A stretch of DNA of 53,608 nucleotides, from NCBI GenBank assembly GCA_029266015.1, contig JAJUFK010000001.1, forward strand, positions 1-53,608, given 5' to 3'. The DNA is from Bacteroidota bacterium (GTDB taxonomy: Bacteria > Bacteroidota > Bacteroidia > Bacteroidales > UBA1715). Positions 1 to 8,336 of this stretch are shown in pieces. The notes beneath the pieces are model-generated. The model was not told the origin of the DNA. It ran no database searches and saw only the letters and a list, made by a program, of their open reading frames with translations. The translations under genes were made by a program, and so were the position numbers. Every line of letters begins with the position of its first letter. Within the stretch, counting starts at the first letter, position 1.

Positions 1-439
1 ATTCACCTTTAATGGCTTGTTGTATTATATCGGGATTTATATCGGTAGCTATTATACGACACCTATCCAACAAATTCATATGATGCAATAATATAGCTAA
101 TGAATATACTTCTAATCCATTTGAACAGCCCGCATGCCAAATTGTTATTGATGATTTTTTTTCAAATTCCGGTAATAATTTATACTGTAACTCCTGCCAC
201 ATTAATTTGTCTCTAAACAATTCTGTTGTATTTACAGTTATTTGTTTCATTATCAAATTGCAAAATTTAGTATCAGTAGATATTTTATGCAATAAAACAT
301 CAAACGTTATTACATTATCGGTAAGTACTTTATCTAATCTTCGCATAAGCGAATTTTCAGAATATTCTGACAAATCGTAATTTGAATATTGTTTAAAACA
401 AGAAATAAAGTCAAGAAGTTCTTTATGAGAAATTTCCAT
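1..439 (-). CDS. CheR-type SAM-dependent protein methyltransferase, N-terminal part (gene runs off the left window edge)
   Basis: Absent from the ORF track because it is truncated. My own reverse-strand translation from the ATG (complement of 437-439) reads MEISHKELLDFISCFKQYSNYDLSEYSENSLMRRLDKVL...TELFRDKLMWQEL...ITIWHAGCSNGLEVYSLAILL...IIATDINPDIIQQAIKGE with no stop down to position 1. TELFRD and W-x-AGCS-x-G-x-E-x-YSLA are CheR N-domain and SAM-pocket signatures. Confidence 0.7.
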   Translation of the reverse strand, partial: MEISHKELLDFISCFKQYSNYDLSEYSENSLMRRLDKVLTDNVITFDVLLHKISTDTKFCNLIMKQITVNTTELFRDKLMWQELQYKLLPEFEKKSSITIWHAGCSNGLEVYSLAILLHHMNLLDRCRIIATDINPDIIQQAIKGE

Positions 440-474
440 GTATTTGGGTCAAACTAAATTTTATTTTGCATATA

Positions 475-482
475 CAAAAATA
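475..482 (-). promoter_or_regulatory. candidate Bacteroidota sigma-A -7 box (TATTTTTG on minus strand) for the CheR-like gene
   Basis: Plus strand reads CAAAAATA, an exact reverse complement of the TAnnTTTG consensus, 36 nt upstream of the start codon. Confidence 0.3.
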
Positions 483-541
483 GACAAATACTATGAGTTA
501 ACAAAATAGATTTGCATTTAACATAACATATATCATCATTT

Positions 542-1621
542 TTAATTAGATTTTGATTTAGAAAATTTCTTTTTTATCCAAACCGGAACTAAAAATGCTC
601 CAATAATTAAATATGGATAGTATGTTACCAATCGCCATAAAACAACTAAAATAGGAATAAGAGAACTTACTAGAATAAATTCACCAAGATATTCCGAAAA
701 AATAAATTCTGCAAAACCACTCCCTCCCGGTGTTGGACTTACCAACATCATAATCCACATTACCAACTGACGAGCAAATATAAGCATGTGATCGGGGACT
801 ACAAAAAAAGCAAGAAATAAAAAATTAACTACCCAATACCTGGATGTCCATGCTACAAAGGTTGCTGCAAAAGACTGCAGCCAAAACTTCCACGATTTAT
901 TTTTTAATTCAACCGAAGCAAATTGAAGGTCAATTCCTGTCTGAATAGCAGAACGTTTCCACCGTTTAAGAAAACGAATAGAAAACACAAAAGCCAAAAA
1001 TCGCTTAAACCCAATAGGATTGATAAACAATGCATAAAAAACAACACCGGTAAAAAGAGCTTTAAGGCTATATCCAACAACAGCAAAATAAAAAAACTGA
1101 TTGCCCCAATTTATACCACCATCATAAGAACCATTTACAGAAAATAAATGGCCAATATCAATAGTTAATAATAACAGTGGAAACATAAGTAAAAAATACA
1201 ATTCATCTAAAAAAGCAGTAGTCATAACCATTGCAGTACTTTCACCCAACGTAACTTTTTCTTTGTAAATAAACAAAATTGCTAAACTCGTACCTCCCAC
1301 TGCCGAAGGAGTAATTGTAGAAGTAAACTCCCATAAAAATATAATTCTTATACATTGCTGCCACGTTAATCTACCGCTTGATAAAATTTTAAGTCTCACA
1401 ATGTATCCAATATCACGAGTAAACATCATACAAAATGCACAAACAATAAATAACAGGGAATAATATGTAAGCTTAATTTCATCTAAACCCGATTTATCAA
1501 ATTCACCCCAAAACATATAGATTACAACAGCAAAACTTATAAAAACAGGTATTAAAAATTGCCTGCTTTTAATTGAGCGAATTGTTTGTTCTGCTTTACT
1601 TGTTGAGTTAAAATCTGCCAT
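542..1621 (-). CDS. polytopic inner-membrane protein, flippase-like / lysyl-phosphatidylglycerol-synthase TM-region (UPF0104-like) family
   Basis: 359-aa ORF with about 8 hydrophobic segments and a C-terminal SPTPGGSGFAEF motif resembling the P-x-PGG-x-G-x-x-E signature of that family. The family assignment is made by eye only. Confidence 0.55.
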   Translation of the reverse strand: MADFNSTSKAEQTIRSIKSRQFLIPVFISFAVVIYMFWGEFDKSGLDEIKLTYYSLLFIVCAFCMMFTRDIGYIVRLKILSSGRLTWQQCIRIIFLWEFTSTITPSAVGGTSLAILFIYKEKVTLGESTAMVMTTAFLDELYFLLMFPLLLLTIDIGHLFSVNGSYDGGINWGNQFFYFAVVGYSLKALFTGVVFYALFINPIGFKRFLAFVFSIRFLKRWKRSAIQTGIDLQFASVELKNKSWKFWLQSFAATFVAWTSRYWVVNFLFLAFFVVPDHMLIFARQLVMWIMMLVSPTPGGSGFAEFIFSEYLGEFILVSSLIPILVVLWRLVTYYPYLIIGAFLVPVWIKKKFSKSKSN

Positions 1622-1700
1622 GTTTTCTATATTTATTAAGCAATAGCTGCAATATCGTATATTTTTTTTGCTAAAAGAAATGAAAGTTAGAAAAATATAT

Positions 1701-1708
1701 TATTTTTG
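1701..1708 (+). promoter_or_regulatory. -7 promoter box TATTTTTG for tRNA-Cys
   Basis: Exact TAnnTTTG match ending 10 nt before the mature tRNA 5' end. The tRNA-Arg promoter box has the same geometry. Confidence 0.45.
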
Positions 1709-1717
1709 CAGCACAAT

Positions 1718-1788
1718 GGTTCCTTGGCCGAGTGGCTAGGCACCGGTCTGCAAAACCGTATACGGCGGTTCGAATCCGCCAGGAACCT
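1718..1788 (+). tRNA. tRNA-Cys (anticodon GCA)
   Basis: Acceptor stem GGTTCCT/AGGAACC, anticodon loop CTGCAAA, T-arm GGTTCGAATCC. Folded by hand into a cloverleaf. Confidence 0.9.
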
Positions 1789-1790
1789 CT

Positions 1791-1827
1791 AAAAAAACTC
1801 CGATATTTTGAATATCGGAGTTTTTTT
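1791..1827. terminator. bidirectional intrinsic terminator shared by tRNA-Cys (+) and mnmA (-)
   Basis: A7-ACTCCGATATT-ttg-AATATCGGAGT-T7. An 11-bp perfect stem is flanked by an A-run and a T-run, and it lies between convergent genes. Confidence 0.8.
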
Positions 1828-1833
1828 GTATTA

Positions 1834-2904
1834 TCAATCAATAAAACCACCACCTACTACTCTATTATTTTTATAAAATACTGCTGTTTGTCCGGGAGCT
1901 ATAGCCTCCAATGGTTTTTGCAATATAACAGTAATTGATTCCGTAGAATTATACTGTAATGTGCATATATTACTTTGATTTCTATATCGAACCTTAACAA
2001 CTAATTCACCCTGCATGTCTTGCAGTGTATGAAAATAAAATGAGTGAATTACAAATTGCGACCGAAATAACGATGAATAAGGGCTTACTGTTACTGTATT
2101 ATTTTTTGCATCAATACTTTTTACAAACATACGTGTATTTATATTAAGCCCCAATTGCTTTCGTTGTCCAACAGTATACCACACGTATCCCTTATTATTA
2201 GATATATAATTACCATGTTCATCAACAAATTTTCCTGCTTCAACCCTCACAGAACGTTTTGCTAATTCCCGTGTTACAAATGAACGATAATTTGTATTTC
2301 CTAAAAAACAAACTCCAAGACTGTCTTTGCGTGTTGCAACATCTACAAACCCTTTACTACGAGCATATTCGCGAACTTGTTGCTTTGTATTGCCCCCCAA
2401 AGGGAATACTGCTTTTTGTAAAATATCTTGCGTAAGTCCCCATAAAAAAAACGATTGATCTTTATCAGAATCAATCCCTTGTGTAATATAATATATTTCA
2501 TTGTGTAATTCTATATTTACATAATGACCAGTAGCTATATAATTACAATTCAATTGTACAGCATAATCATATAGTATCTTCCATTTAAGCAACGGATTGC
2601 ACTTAGCACAAGGGAATGGGGTTCTGCCTTCTATATATTCTGTAACAAAATATGATATAACAGTAGAATAAAATTCTTGTGACGCATTATGAATATAACA
2701 AGGTATATGTAATATGTTGCATAATTTTTTTACATTATTACATGATACTTCTTGCTGTTGTACCACGTGGCCGGGAGCCCATTGGGCATCATAAAATATT
2801 ATAAATAAGCCATACACTTCATACCCTTGTTCCTGCAACAAAATAGCAGCGGCGGAACTGTCGGTTCCGCCGCTCATTGCCAATACAATTTTCTTTGTTT
2901 GCAT
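1834..2904 (-). CDS. mnmA: tRNA 2-thiouridine(34) synthase MnmA
   Basis: 356 aa with the N-terminal PP-loop LAMSGGTDSS, conserved Cys residues (PCAKCN) and typical length. The stop codon is TGA. Confidence 0.9.
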   Translation of the reverse strand: MQTKKIVLAMSGGTDSSAAAILLQEQGYEVYGLFIIFYDAQWAPGHVVQQQEVSCNNVKKLCNILHIPCYIHNASQEFYSTVISYFVTEYIEGRTPFPCAKCNPLLKWKILYDYAVQLNCNYIATGHYVNIELHNEIYYITQGIDSDKDQSFFLWGLTQDILQKAVFPLGGNTKQQVREYARSKGFVDVATRKDSLGVCFLGNTNYRSFVTRELAKRSVRVEAGKFVDEHGNYISNNKGYVWYTVGQRKQLGLNINTRMFVKSIDAKNNTVTVSPYSSLFRSQFVIHSFYFHTLQDMQGELVVKVRYRNQSNICTLQYNSTESITVILQKPLEAIAPGQTAVFYKNNRVVGGGFID

Positions 2905-2927
2905 ACCTTGTATGGTATTGACTTATA

Positions 2928-4820
2928 TTATTTTATAAATTTCGATAACAATCGTAAATACTGAACTTGATACCCATTACTATTTTCACTCACAGCCCAT
3001 GAATTGAGAGGCCATCCTTGATTAAAATCCATATATGATTTTTGAGCAGGTTGATTTTTGAGTGGTTTTATATCCAATTCAAAACACATTGCATTATTTT
3101 CTTTACTATCACAATTTTGAGGACAACATTTATCCCAATCATATTCTTTATTTGGACCACCTGTTACAAATCCGGGAGGAGGCCCATACGTTGATTTTCC
3201 AACTTCGTCCCATTTTTTACTGCCATGTCTAAACCACATATGATAAATTTGATTTACAGAATTTTCGGCACCATAGGCTGACATATTTGTTAAATAACAT
3301 TTATTGAGTGGATTTACGCCATGTAAATAATGAATGTAGTATTCTGCAATATTTTTTGCTTCATCTTTCATTTCGGGCATTATATTGTACTGCACCAAAT
3401 TGTAGTAAATATTACCTTGTTTTGCTTTTGTTCCATTTGAACCCCACACATAATCTTTTTGATATGAAAAATAAGGATCATCATTATTTTTAATTGCAAA
3501 TAAATTATGAATAGTATCAATTGCTTGTTTGTAAACAGCTTTTATATGGTTTACTATTGCAAGATCTGCTTTAGGTAATTTTGTATAATACAATAATAAA
3601 TCTTGGTTGTACTCACCAAAAGGAAATACTAATGTCCAAGCAACCATTTTTAATTGTTTATAATTGTCTTCGAAAATTTTCTTATATTTTTCATCACCCG
3701 TAGCATCATACATGCGTAGTGCGGCTTGCAAACGCTTTTCTATCAATCCCATATCATCAACTTCTTGTTGACCGGCAGCAAGCCCTTGAGTACCATGTTG
3801 TGCACTATTGTTGTAAAATTTCATATTCGGATTTGCTTCTGCCCATTCCCATGAAAGTTTAGCAGCTTCTATTAATTTTGCAGCAAGTTTTTCATTATAT
3901 TGTTTTACAACTTTAGCTCCATATGCCCATGCCGCAACCGCCGAAAATGTTGCCGAAGTACTTGGCGCTCCCCAATAACTTGGTTTAGAAGCCGCCGATG
4001 GAGGCGATGCTTCGTCTAATCCAACAACAGAAATTACAGAACCACTTGAAAATTGTAATCGCAAAAGATGTTCTAAACCAAATATTACCTCATCAACAAT
4101 ATCGGGTATTCCATTTCCTGATTCAGGTATATTAAAATCATCTGTCCATGCTTTTGGATTTTCTTCGAATGCTAAAAGCATATAAATAATATAATCACTG
4201 GTCCAATTGGTATATTTATTAAAATCACCTGCATCATACCATCCGCCGCGAACATCTTTTTCGGTACTTGCATCATTTTCGAGCCCCCATTGTCTGCAAT
4301 TTGGATCTTGACGTTTTCCTAAGTGACTTGCACCATCAGCCCAACCTTCACCTGCATATTTGGCAATTTTAGGAAATCCTGCTCGCTGATAATAAAATGT
4401 TCTAAAAGCTTGTTTTAGCACTTCTTTATATACATTATTTGATATTTCAAAATCATACGAAATAAGTTTTTTATCTATATCAAGTATATAATACGTTCCT
4501 TCCTTTTTTACCGATGAAAAATCAAAATGCCACACAATATCACCCGACGATGGATCAACTGCTCCATTTTTCCATGCTACCGGTTTTGCTTTATACACTT
4601 GGCGTTTTGTTTTTGCTTCAACTACAGCATATGTTTTACCCGGTTTAAATGTTTCTGAAGCATCAAATCCTACTTCGGGATTTCTTATAACTGCAATTTT
4701 ACGCGATTCAGGTAAATATCCAAATTGATCTACCACTATATACTTTGTTTGCTTATAGCTTTGAGACATTACAACCAAAGGCAACAAGCAAACTATAAGA
4801 ATATTTATTTTTTTAAACAT
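2928..4820 (-). CDS. glycoside hydrolase family 9 endo-beta-1,4-glucanase with N-terminal Ig-like domain; signal peptide
   Basis: 630 aa with the GH9 signature GGWYDAGDFNKY, later HYLHGVNP and a C-terminal ...WAVSENSNGYQ block. The N-terminal ~90 aa beta-domain is as in CelD-type GH9. SPI signal LVVMSQ|S. Confidence 0.85.
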   Translation of the reverse strand: MFKKINILIVCLLPLVVMSQSYKQTKYIVVDQFGYLPESRKIAVIRNPEVGFDASETFKPGKTYAVVEAKTKRQVYKAKPVAWKNGAVDPSSGDIVWHFDFSSVKKEGTYYILDIDKKLISYDFEISNNVYKEVLKQAFRTFYYQRAGFPKIAKYAGEGWADGASHLGKRQDPNCRQWGLENDASTEKDVRGGWYDAGDFNKYTNWTSDYIIYMLLAFEENPKAWTDDFNIPESGNGIPDIVDEVIFGLEHLLRLQFSSGSVISVVGLDEASPPSAASKPSYWGAPSTSATFSAVAAWAYGAKVVKQYNEKLAAKLIEAAKLSWEWAEANPNMKFYNNSAQHGTQGLAAGQQEVDDMGLIEKRLQAALRMYDATGDEKYKKIFEDNYKQLKMVAWTLVFPFGEYNQDLLLYYTKLPKADLAIVNHIKAVYKQAIDTIHNLFAIKNNDDPYFSYQKDYVWGSNGTKAKQGNIYYNLVQYNIMPEMKDEAKNIAEYYIHYLHGVNPLNKCYLTNMSAYGAENSVNQIYHMWFRHGSKKWDEVGKSTYGPPPGFVTGGPNKEYDWDKCCPQNCDSKENNAMCFELDIKPLKNQPAQKSYMDFNQGWPLNSWAVSENSNGYQVQYLRLLSKFIK

Positions 4821-4858
4821 AACAACAATATTTTATTTTTTATATTATACAATTGCCA

Positions 4859-4866
4859 CAAAAATA
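4859..4866 (-). promoter_or_regulatory. candidate -7 box (TATTTTTG on minus strand) for the GH9-mnmA unit
   Basis: Plus strand reads CAAAAATA, an exact consensus complement, 39 nt upstream of the GH9 ATG. Confidence 0.35.
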
Positions 4867-4947
4867 CAAAAACTTATGATTTTTTTTATACTTTTATACT
4901 ATCCATTTTTGATAGAACTTACATTCATCCTGTACACTTTTCCAAAT

Positions 4948-4975
4948 AAAAAAAGGTAACATTCCGTTACCTTTT
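4948..4975 (-). terminator. intrinsic terminator after tRNA-Arg
   Basis: Stem GGTAAC/GTTACC, extendable with A/T pairs, followed on the minus strand by a 7-T run. It lies 10 nt past the tRNA 3' end. Confidence 0.6.
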
Positions 4976-4985
4976 CTTTTCTCTG

Positions 4986-5059
4986 TGACCCCGACAGGAT
5001 TCAAACCTGTAACCCTCAGAGCCGAAATCTGATATTCTATTCAGTTGAACTACGGAGCC
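4986..5059 (-). tRNA. tRNA-Arg (anticodon TCG)
   Basis: The reverse complement GGCTCCGTAGTTCAACTGAATAGAATATCAGATTTCGGCTCTGAGGGTTACAGGTTTGAATCCTGTCGGGGTCA folds as a 74-nt cloverleaf with anticodon loop TTTCGGC. Confidence 0.9.
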
Positions 5060-5069
5060 ATTTATAATG

Positions 5070-5077
5070 CAAAAATA
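5070..5077 (-). promoter_or_regulatory. -7 promoter box (TATTTTTG on minus strand) for tRNA-Arg
   Basis: Plus strand reads CAAAAATA, 11 nt upstream of the mature tRNA 5' end. Confidence 0.45.
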
Positions 5078-5108
5078 GATTTTTTTAACATAACAGCACA
5101 ATACTTAT

Positions 5109-5146
5109 AAAAAAAGAGATGAAAAAAATTTTTCATCTCTTTTTTT
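5109..5146. terminator. intrinsic terminator downstream of htrA (palindromic, A-run/T-run flanked)
   Basis: AGAGATGAAAAA / TTTTTCATCTCT perfect 12-nt arms with a flanking A-run and T-run, 19 nt past the htrA stop. Confidence 0.75.
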
Positions 5147-5164
5147 ACTATTATTTTTTTTCAA

Positions 5165-6643
5165 CTACATACCAAATGCATAATAGAATGTGCCGGGAAC
5201 ATCAGGATACACACCTTCTATCATTACACCGCCTTTTTTATCTTTCATAATATCAGCAAATTGAGCTGAATCTTTGATTATTTGATTATCAACTTTTGTT
5301 ATTATAAAACCTTTTCGCATACTTGTATGTTTTTGTATTACACCCGACTGAATATCGGTTACTTGTACACCCGAAGTTTTATTGAGTTTTTTAAGCACTT
5401 TTGGATCAGCATTTTCTACTGTAATTCCTAAATTTGCAATCACATCAATTGCTCCTTTTTCAGTTAATGTTTTCTCACCATCTTTATTAGTTAATACTAA
5501 ATTCATGGTTTTAATTTCACCTTTACGATTAACTTTAATTACAACTTCATCTCCGGGACTTCTACGGCCAATTATCTCTTGAATTTCAGACGGTGAGGTT
5601 ATTTTAATTCCATCTATTTCTACTATTACGTCTCCAATTTTTACACCCGCTTTATCTCCTGCACCGTTTTCTACAAGAGACTCAACATAAGCCCCCTCTG
5701 TTACCTTTAATTTTTTCTCATCAGCCAATTTTGAATCTATTTGACGAATACTTACTCCTATAAAACCACGCTGAACAACACCGTATGTTTTTAAATCAAA
5801 TATAACTTTGGATACAATATTCGATGGCACAGCAAATCCATAACCTGTATATGCTCCGGTAGGACTTGCAATAGCTGTATTAATTCCAATTAAATCTCCC
5901 ATAGCATTTGTAAGTGCTCCTCCGCTATTACCGGGATTTATGGCTGCATCGGTTTGTATAAAAGATTCTATAGCATATTTTTGTTTCAAAATATTAATAT
6001 TTCTTCCTTTTGCACTTACTATACCGGCTGTGACTGTAGAATTTAAATTGAACGGATTTCCAACAGCCATTACCCATTCACCTACTTTAACCTCATCACT
6101 GTTAGCAAATTGAATAACCGGCAAACTATCAGCATCTATTTTTATAAGAGCCAAGTCGGTATTTGGATCGGTGCCTATAACTTTTGCCGTAAATGAACGT
6201 CTATCGTGCAAAGTTACCGTAATTTCATCAGCATCTTTTATTACATGGTTATTCGTAACTATATATCCGTCTTTTTGAACAACTACACCCGAACCACTTC
6301 CCTCACGAACATCGGTTTTTTCTTGCTGAGGAAATTGCCATTGTGGACCAAAAAAATCTTGCCATAATTCAAAACCGGGAGGATACGCACTGCTTCTAAC
6401 TGTAGTTTTTGTTCCTATATGAACTACAGTTGGCATTACTTTAGCCGAAGCTTCAGTAAAATCAAACCCCGTAAACGCAGATGCTGAACCTCTATATTCC
6501 GTTTGCTGAACAAACTCTGAAGGAGAATTAGCAACTACTGTATCAGAAATTGAAGGTATGTGTCCTCCAAAAAAATACACCATACCAAAGGTAAGTAAAC
6601 TACCTAATATGGCTGAACCGATAAACATTCCAATCTTTTTCAT
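5165..6643 (-). CDS. htrA: periplasmic serine endoprotease, HtrA/DegP/DegQ (Do) family, two PDZ domains
   Basis: 492 aa with catalytic-triad motifs (TNNHV, DLALIK, GNSGGAL) followed by two PDZ-like segments, plus an N-terminal signal/anchor. Confidence 0.9.
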   Translation of the reverse strand: MKKIGMFIGSAILGSLLTFGMVYFFGGHIPSISDTVVANSPSEFVQQTEYRGSASAFTGFDFTEASAKVMPTVVHIGTKTTVRSSAYPPGFELWQDFFGPQWQFPQQEKTDVREGSGSGVVVQKDGYIVTNNHVIKDADEITVTLHDRRSFTAKVIGTDPNTDLALIKIDADSLPVIQFANSDEVKVGEWVMAVGNPFNLNSTVTAGIVSAKGRNINILKQKYAIESFIQTDAAINPGNSGGALTNAMGDLIGINTAIASPTGAYTGYGFAVPSNIVSKVIFDLKTYGVVQRGFIGVSIRQIDSKLADEKKLKVTEGAYVESLVENGAGDKAGVKIGDVIVEIDGIKITSPSEIQEIIGRRSPGDEVVIKVNRKGEIKTMNLVLTNKDGEKTLTEKGAIDVIANLGITVENADPKVLKKLNKTSGVQVTDIQSGVIQKHTSMRKGFIITKVDNQIIKDSAQFADIMKDKKGGVMIEGVYPDVPGTFYYAFGM

Positions 6644-6722
6644 ATATATACATTTTTTATTTATCTAATGAGAGCCTTAACTATTGAATAGTTCATTTAT
6701 TGTATTCTTATTTTATTTTTTT

Positions 6723-6730
6723 CAAATCTA
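6723..6730 (-). promoter_or_regulatory. candidate -7 box (TAGATTTG on minus strand) for htrA
   Basis: Plus strand reads CAAATCTA, an exact consensus complement, but it lies 80 nt upstream of the ATG so the assignment is weak. Confidence 0.2.
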
Positions 6731-7016
6731 ATGCCTTATCATTTTTATAAGCATATTAGAATTTACAGAAACATCTAACTTACAAACAATTAACCATTCT
6801 TTATATTACAACAAAAATTCATAAACCAACTCTTTTTTGACAGTTTTTGTAATAAAAAAATGACAATTTGACTTAAAAAAATCATGTAACCAATTCAATG
6901 TAACAAATAAAGAAATTGTTTTTAAATTGTTCATATTTAATTGAATCTGTTCTATTAAAATTTTAATTGTTTTTATGACCTTTGAATGATTTTTATAATT
7001 TTTGTAAAAAATATAT

Positions 7017-8336
7017 ATGGACGAGGTTCAAGACGAAGCAATACAATCCAAGCAAGATTCTGACATACAGCATATAAAATACATATCGGGTCAATTTGAA
7101 GATTGGTTTCTTGATTATGCATCGTATGTAATAATGGAGCGTGCTGTACCATATATAAACGACGGTTTAAAACCGGTGCAACGACGTATACTCCATTCTA
7201 TGAAACGAATGGACGATGGCAGATACAATAAAGTTGCAAACATAATTGGTCATACCATGCAATTTCACCCACATGGGGACTCATCAATAGGTGAAGCTTT
7301 GGTTGGATTAGGACAAAAAGAATTATTGATTGACACCCAAGGTAACTGGGGAAATATTTATACCGGCGATAGTGCTGCCGCTCCTCGTTATATAGAAGCA
7401 CGATTATCAAAATTTGCAAATGAAGTTGTTTTTAATCCGAAAACCACTATTTGGAAATCATCATACGACGGTAGAAACAAAGAACCTATTACCTTACCGG
7501 TAAAATTTCCGTTACTTTTAGCTCAAGGGGTAGAAGGTATAGCTGTGGGAATGGCATGTAAAATTTTACCTCATAACTTTAATGAACTTATAGATGCCAG
7601 CATAAAATATTTACAAGGCAAACCATTTGAATTGTATCCCGACTTTCCGACAGGTGGTTATATAGATATTACAAAATATAATGACGGACTCAGAGGTGGT
7701 GTAGTAAAAGTTCGTGCAAAAATTGTAAAAATTGACAATAAAACATTGGCTATTACAGAAATTCCATATGGCAAAACTACTACTGCCGTAATTGATTCTA
7801 TAATAAAAGCAAATGAAAAAGGTACTATTAAAATTAAAAAAATTGATGATAATACCGCTGCTAATGTTGAAATACTAATTCACCTTCCGCCAAATGTTTC
7901 GCCCGACGAAACTATTGACGCATTATATGTTTTTACCGAATGTGAAATTTCAATTTCTCCAAATGCAAGTGTTATAATAGAAAAATCTCCTGAATTTATT
8001 GGTGTTTCTGACATATTACGAATATCAACCGACAAAACTGTAGAATTACTCCGTCGTGAATTAGAAATTCGTTTAGAAGAACTCAAAGAAGATTGGATGA
8101 AAACTTCGCTCGAAAAAATATTTATTGAAAAAGAAGTATATGAACTTATTAAACCTTGTAAAACAGAAGAAGAAATTCTTAGCACAATTTTTAAAGGTTT
8201 AGAACCCCATGTCAAAAAATTCTGGCGTCTGGTAACTCGCGAAGATTGCGTGATTCTTTCAAATATTCCTATTAAACGAATTTCTAAATTCAGTTCGTTT
8301 AAAGCCGATGAGTATATTAAAGAAATTGAAATTTAA
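7017..8336 (+). CDS. parC: DNA topoisomerase IV subunit A (ParC), N-terminal fragment ending at an in-frame TAA
   Basis: 439 aa with GLKPVQRRILH, HPHGD and the active-site AAAPRYIEARL (catalytic Tyr). The GyrA/ParC breakage-reunion domain continues without loss of similarity into the next ORF in the same frame. Confidence 0.85.
   Translation: MDEVQDEAIQSKQDSDIQHIKYISGQFEDWFLDYASYVIMERAVPYINDGLKPVQRRILHSMKRMDDGRYNKVANIIGHTMQFHPHGDSSIGEALVGLGQKELLIDTQGNWGNIYTGDSAAAPRYIEARLSKFANEVVFNPKTTIWKSSYDGRNKEPITLPVKFPLLLAQGVEGIAVGMACKILPHNFNELIDASIKYLQGKPFELYPDFPTGGYIDITKYNDGLRGGVVKVRAKIVKIDNKTLAITEIPYGKTTTAVIDSIIKANEKGTIKIKKIDDNTAANVEILIHLPPNVSPDETIDALYVFTECEISISPNASVIIEKSPEFIGVSDILRISTDKTVELLRRELEIRLEELKEDWMKTSLEKIFIEKEVYELIKPCKTEEEILSTIFKGLEPHVKKFWRLVTREDCVILSNIPIKRISKFSSFKADEYIKEIEI

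Noticed and set aside
1671-1938. Two 60-68-aa ORFs (1671-1853 minus strand, 1732-1938 plus strand).
   Set aside because: They are read straight through the tRNA-Cys gene, the bidirectional terminator and the mnmA 3' end, so they are not credible coding sequence.
6644-7016. Unusually long (373 bp) AT-rich spacer between the divergent htrA and parC genes, scanned for small ORFs, riboswitch-like structure or repeats.
   Set aside because: Only trivial ORFs of 15 codons or fewer and short repeated TGACA(A/G)TTT words were found. There is no stable structure or exact plus-strand promoter box. It is most simply a divergent promoter region.
8334-8336. In-frame TAA in parC considered as evidence for stop-codon reassignment or an alternative genetic code.
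   Set aside because: TAA ends many other ORFs in the window exactly where homology predicts (for example xylA ...QYI*, GH9 ...NVTF*, bioC). TGA ends mnmA at ...GGGFID*. No other gene shows internal stops.
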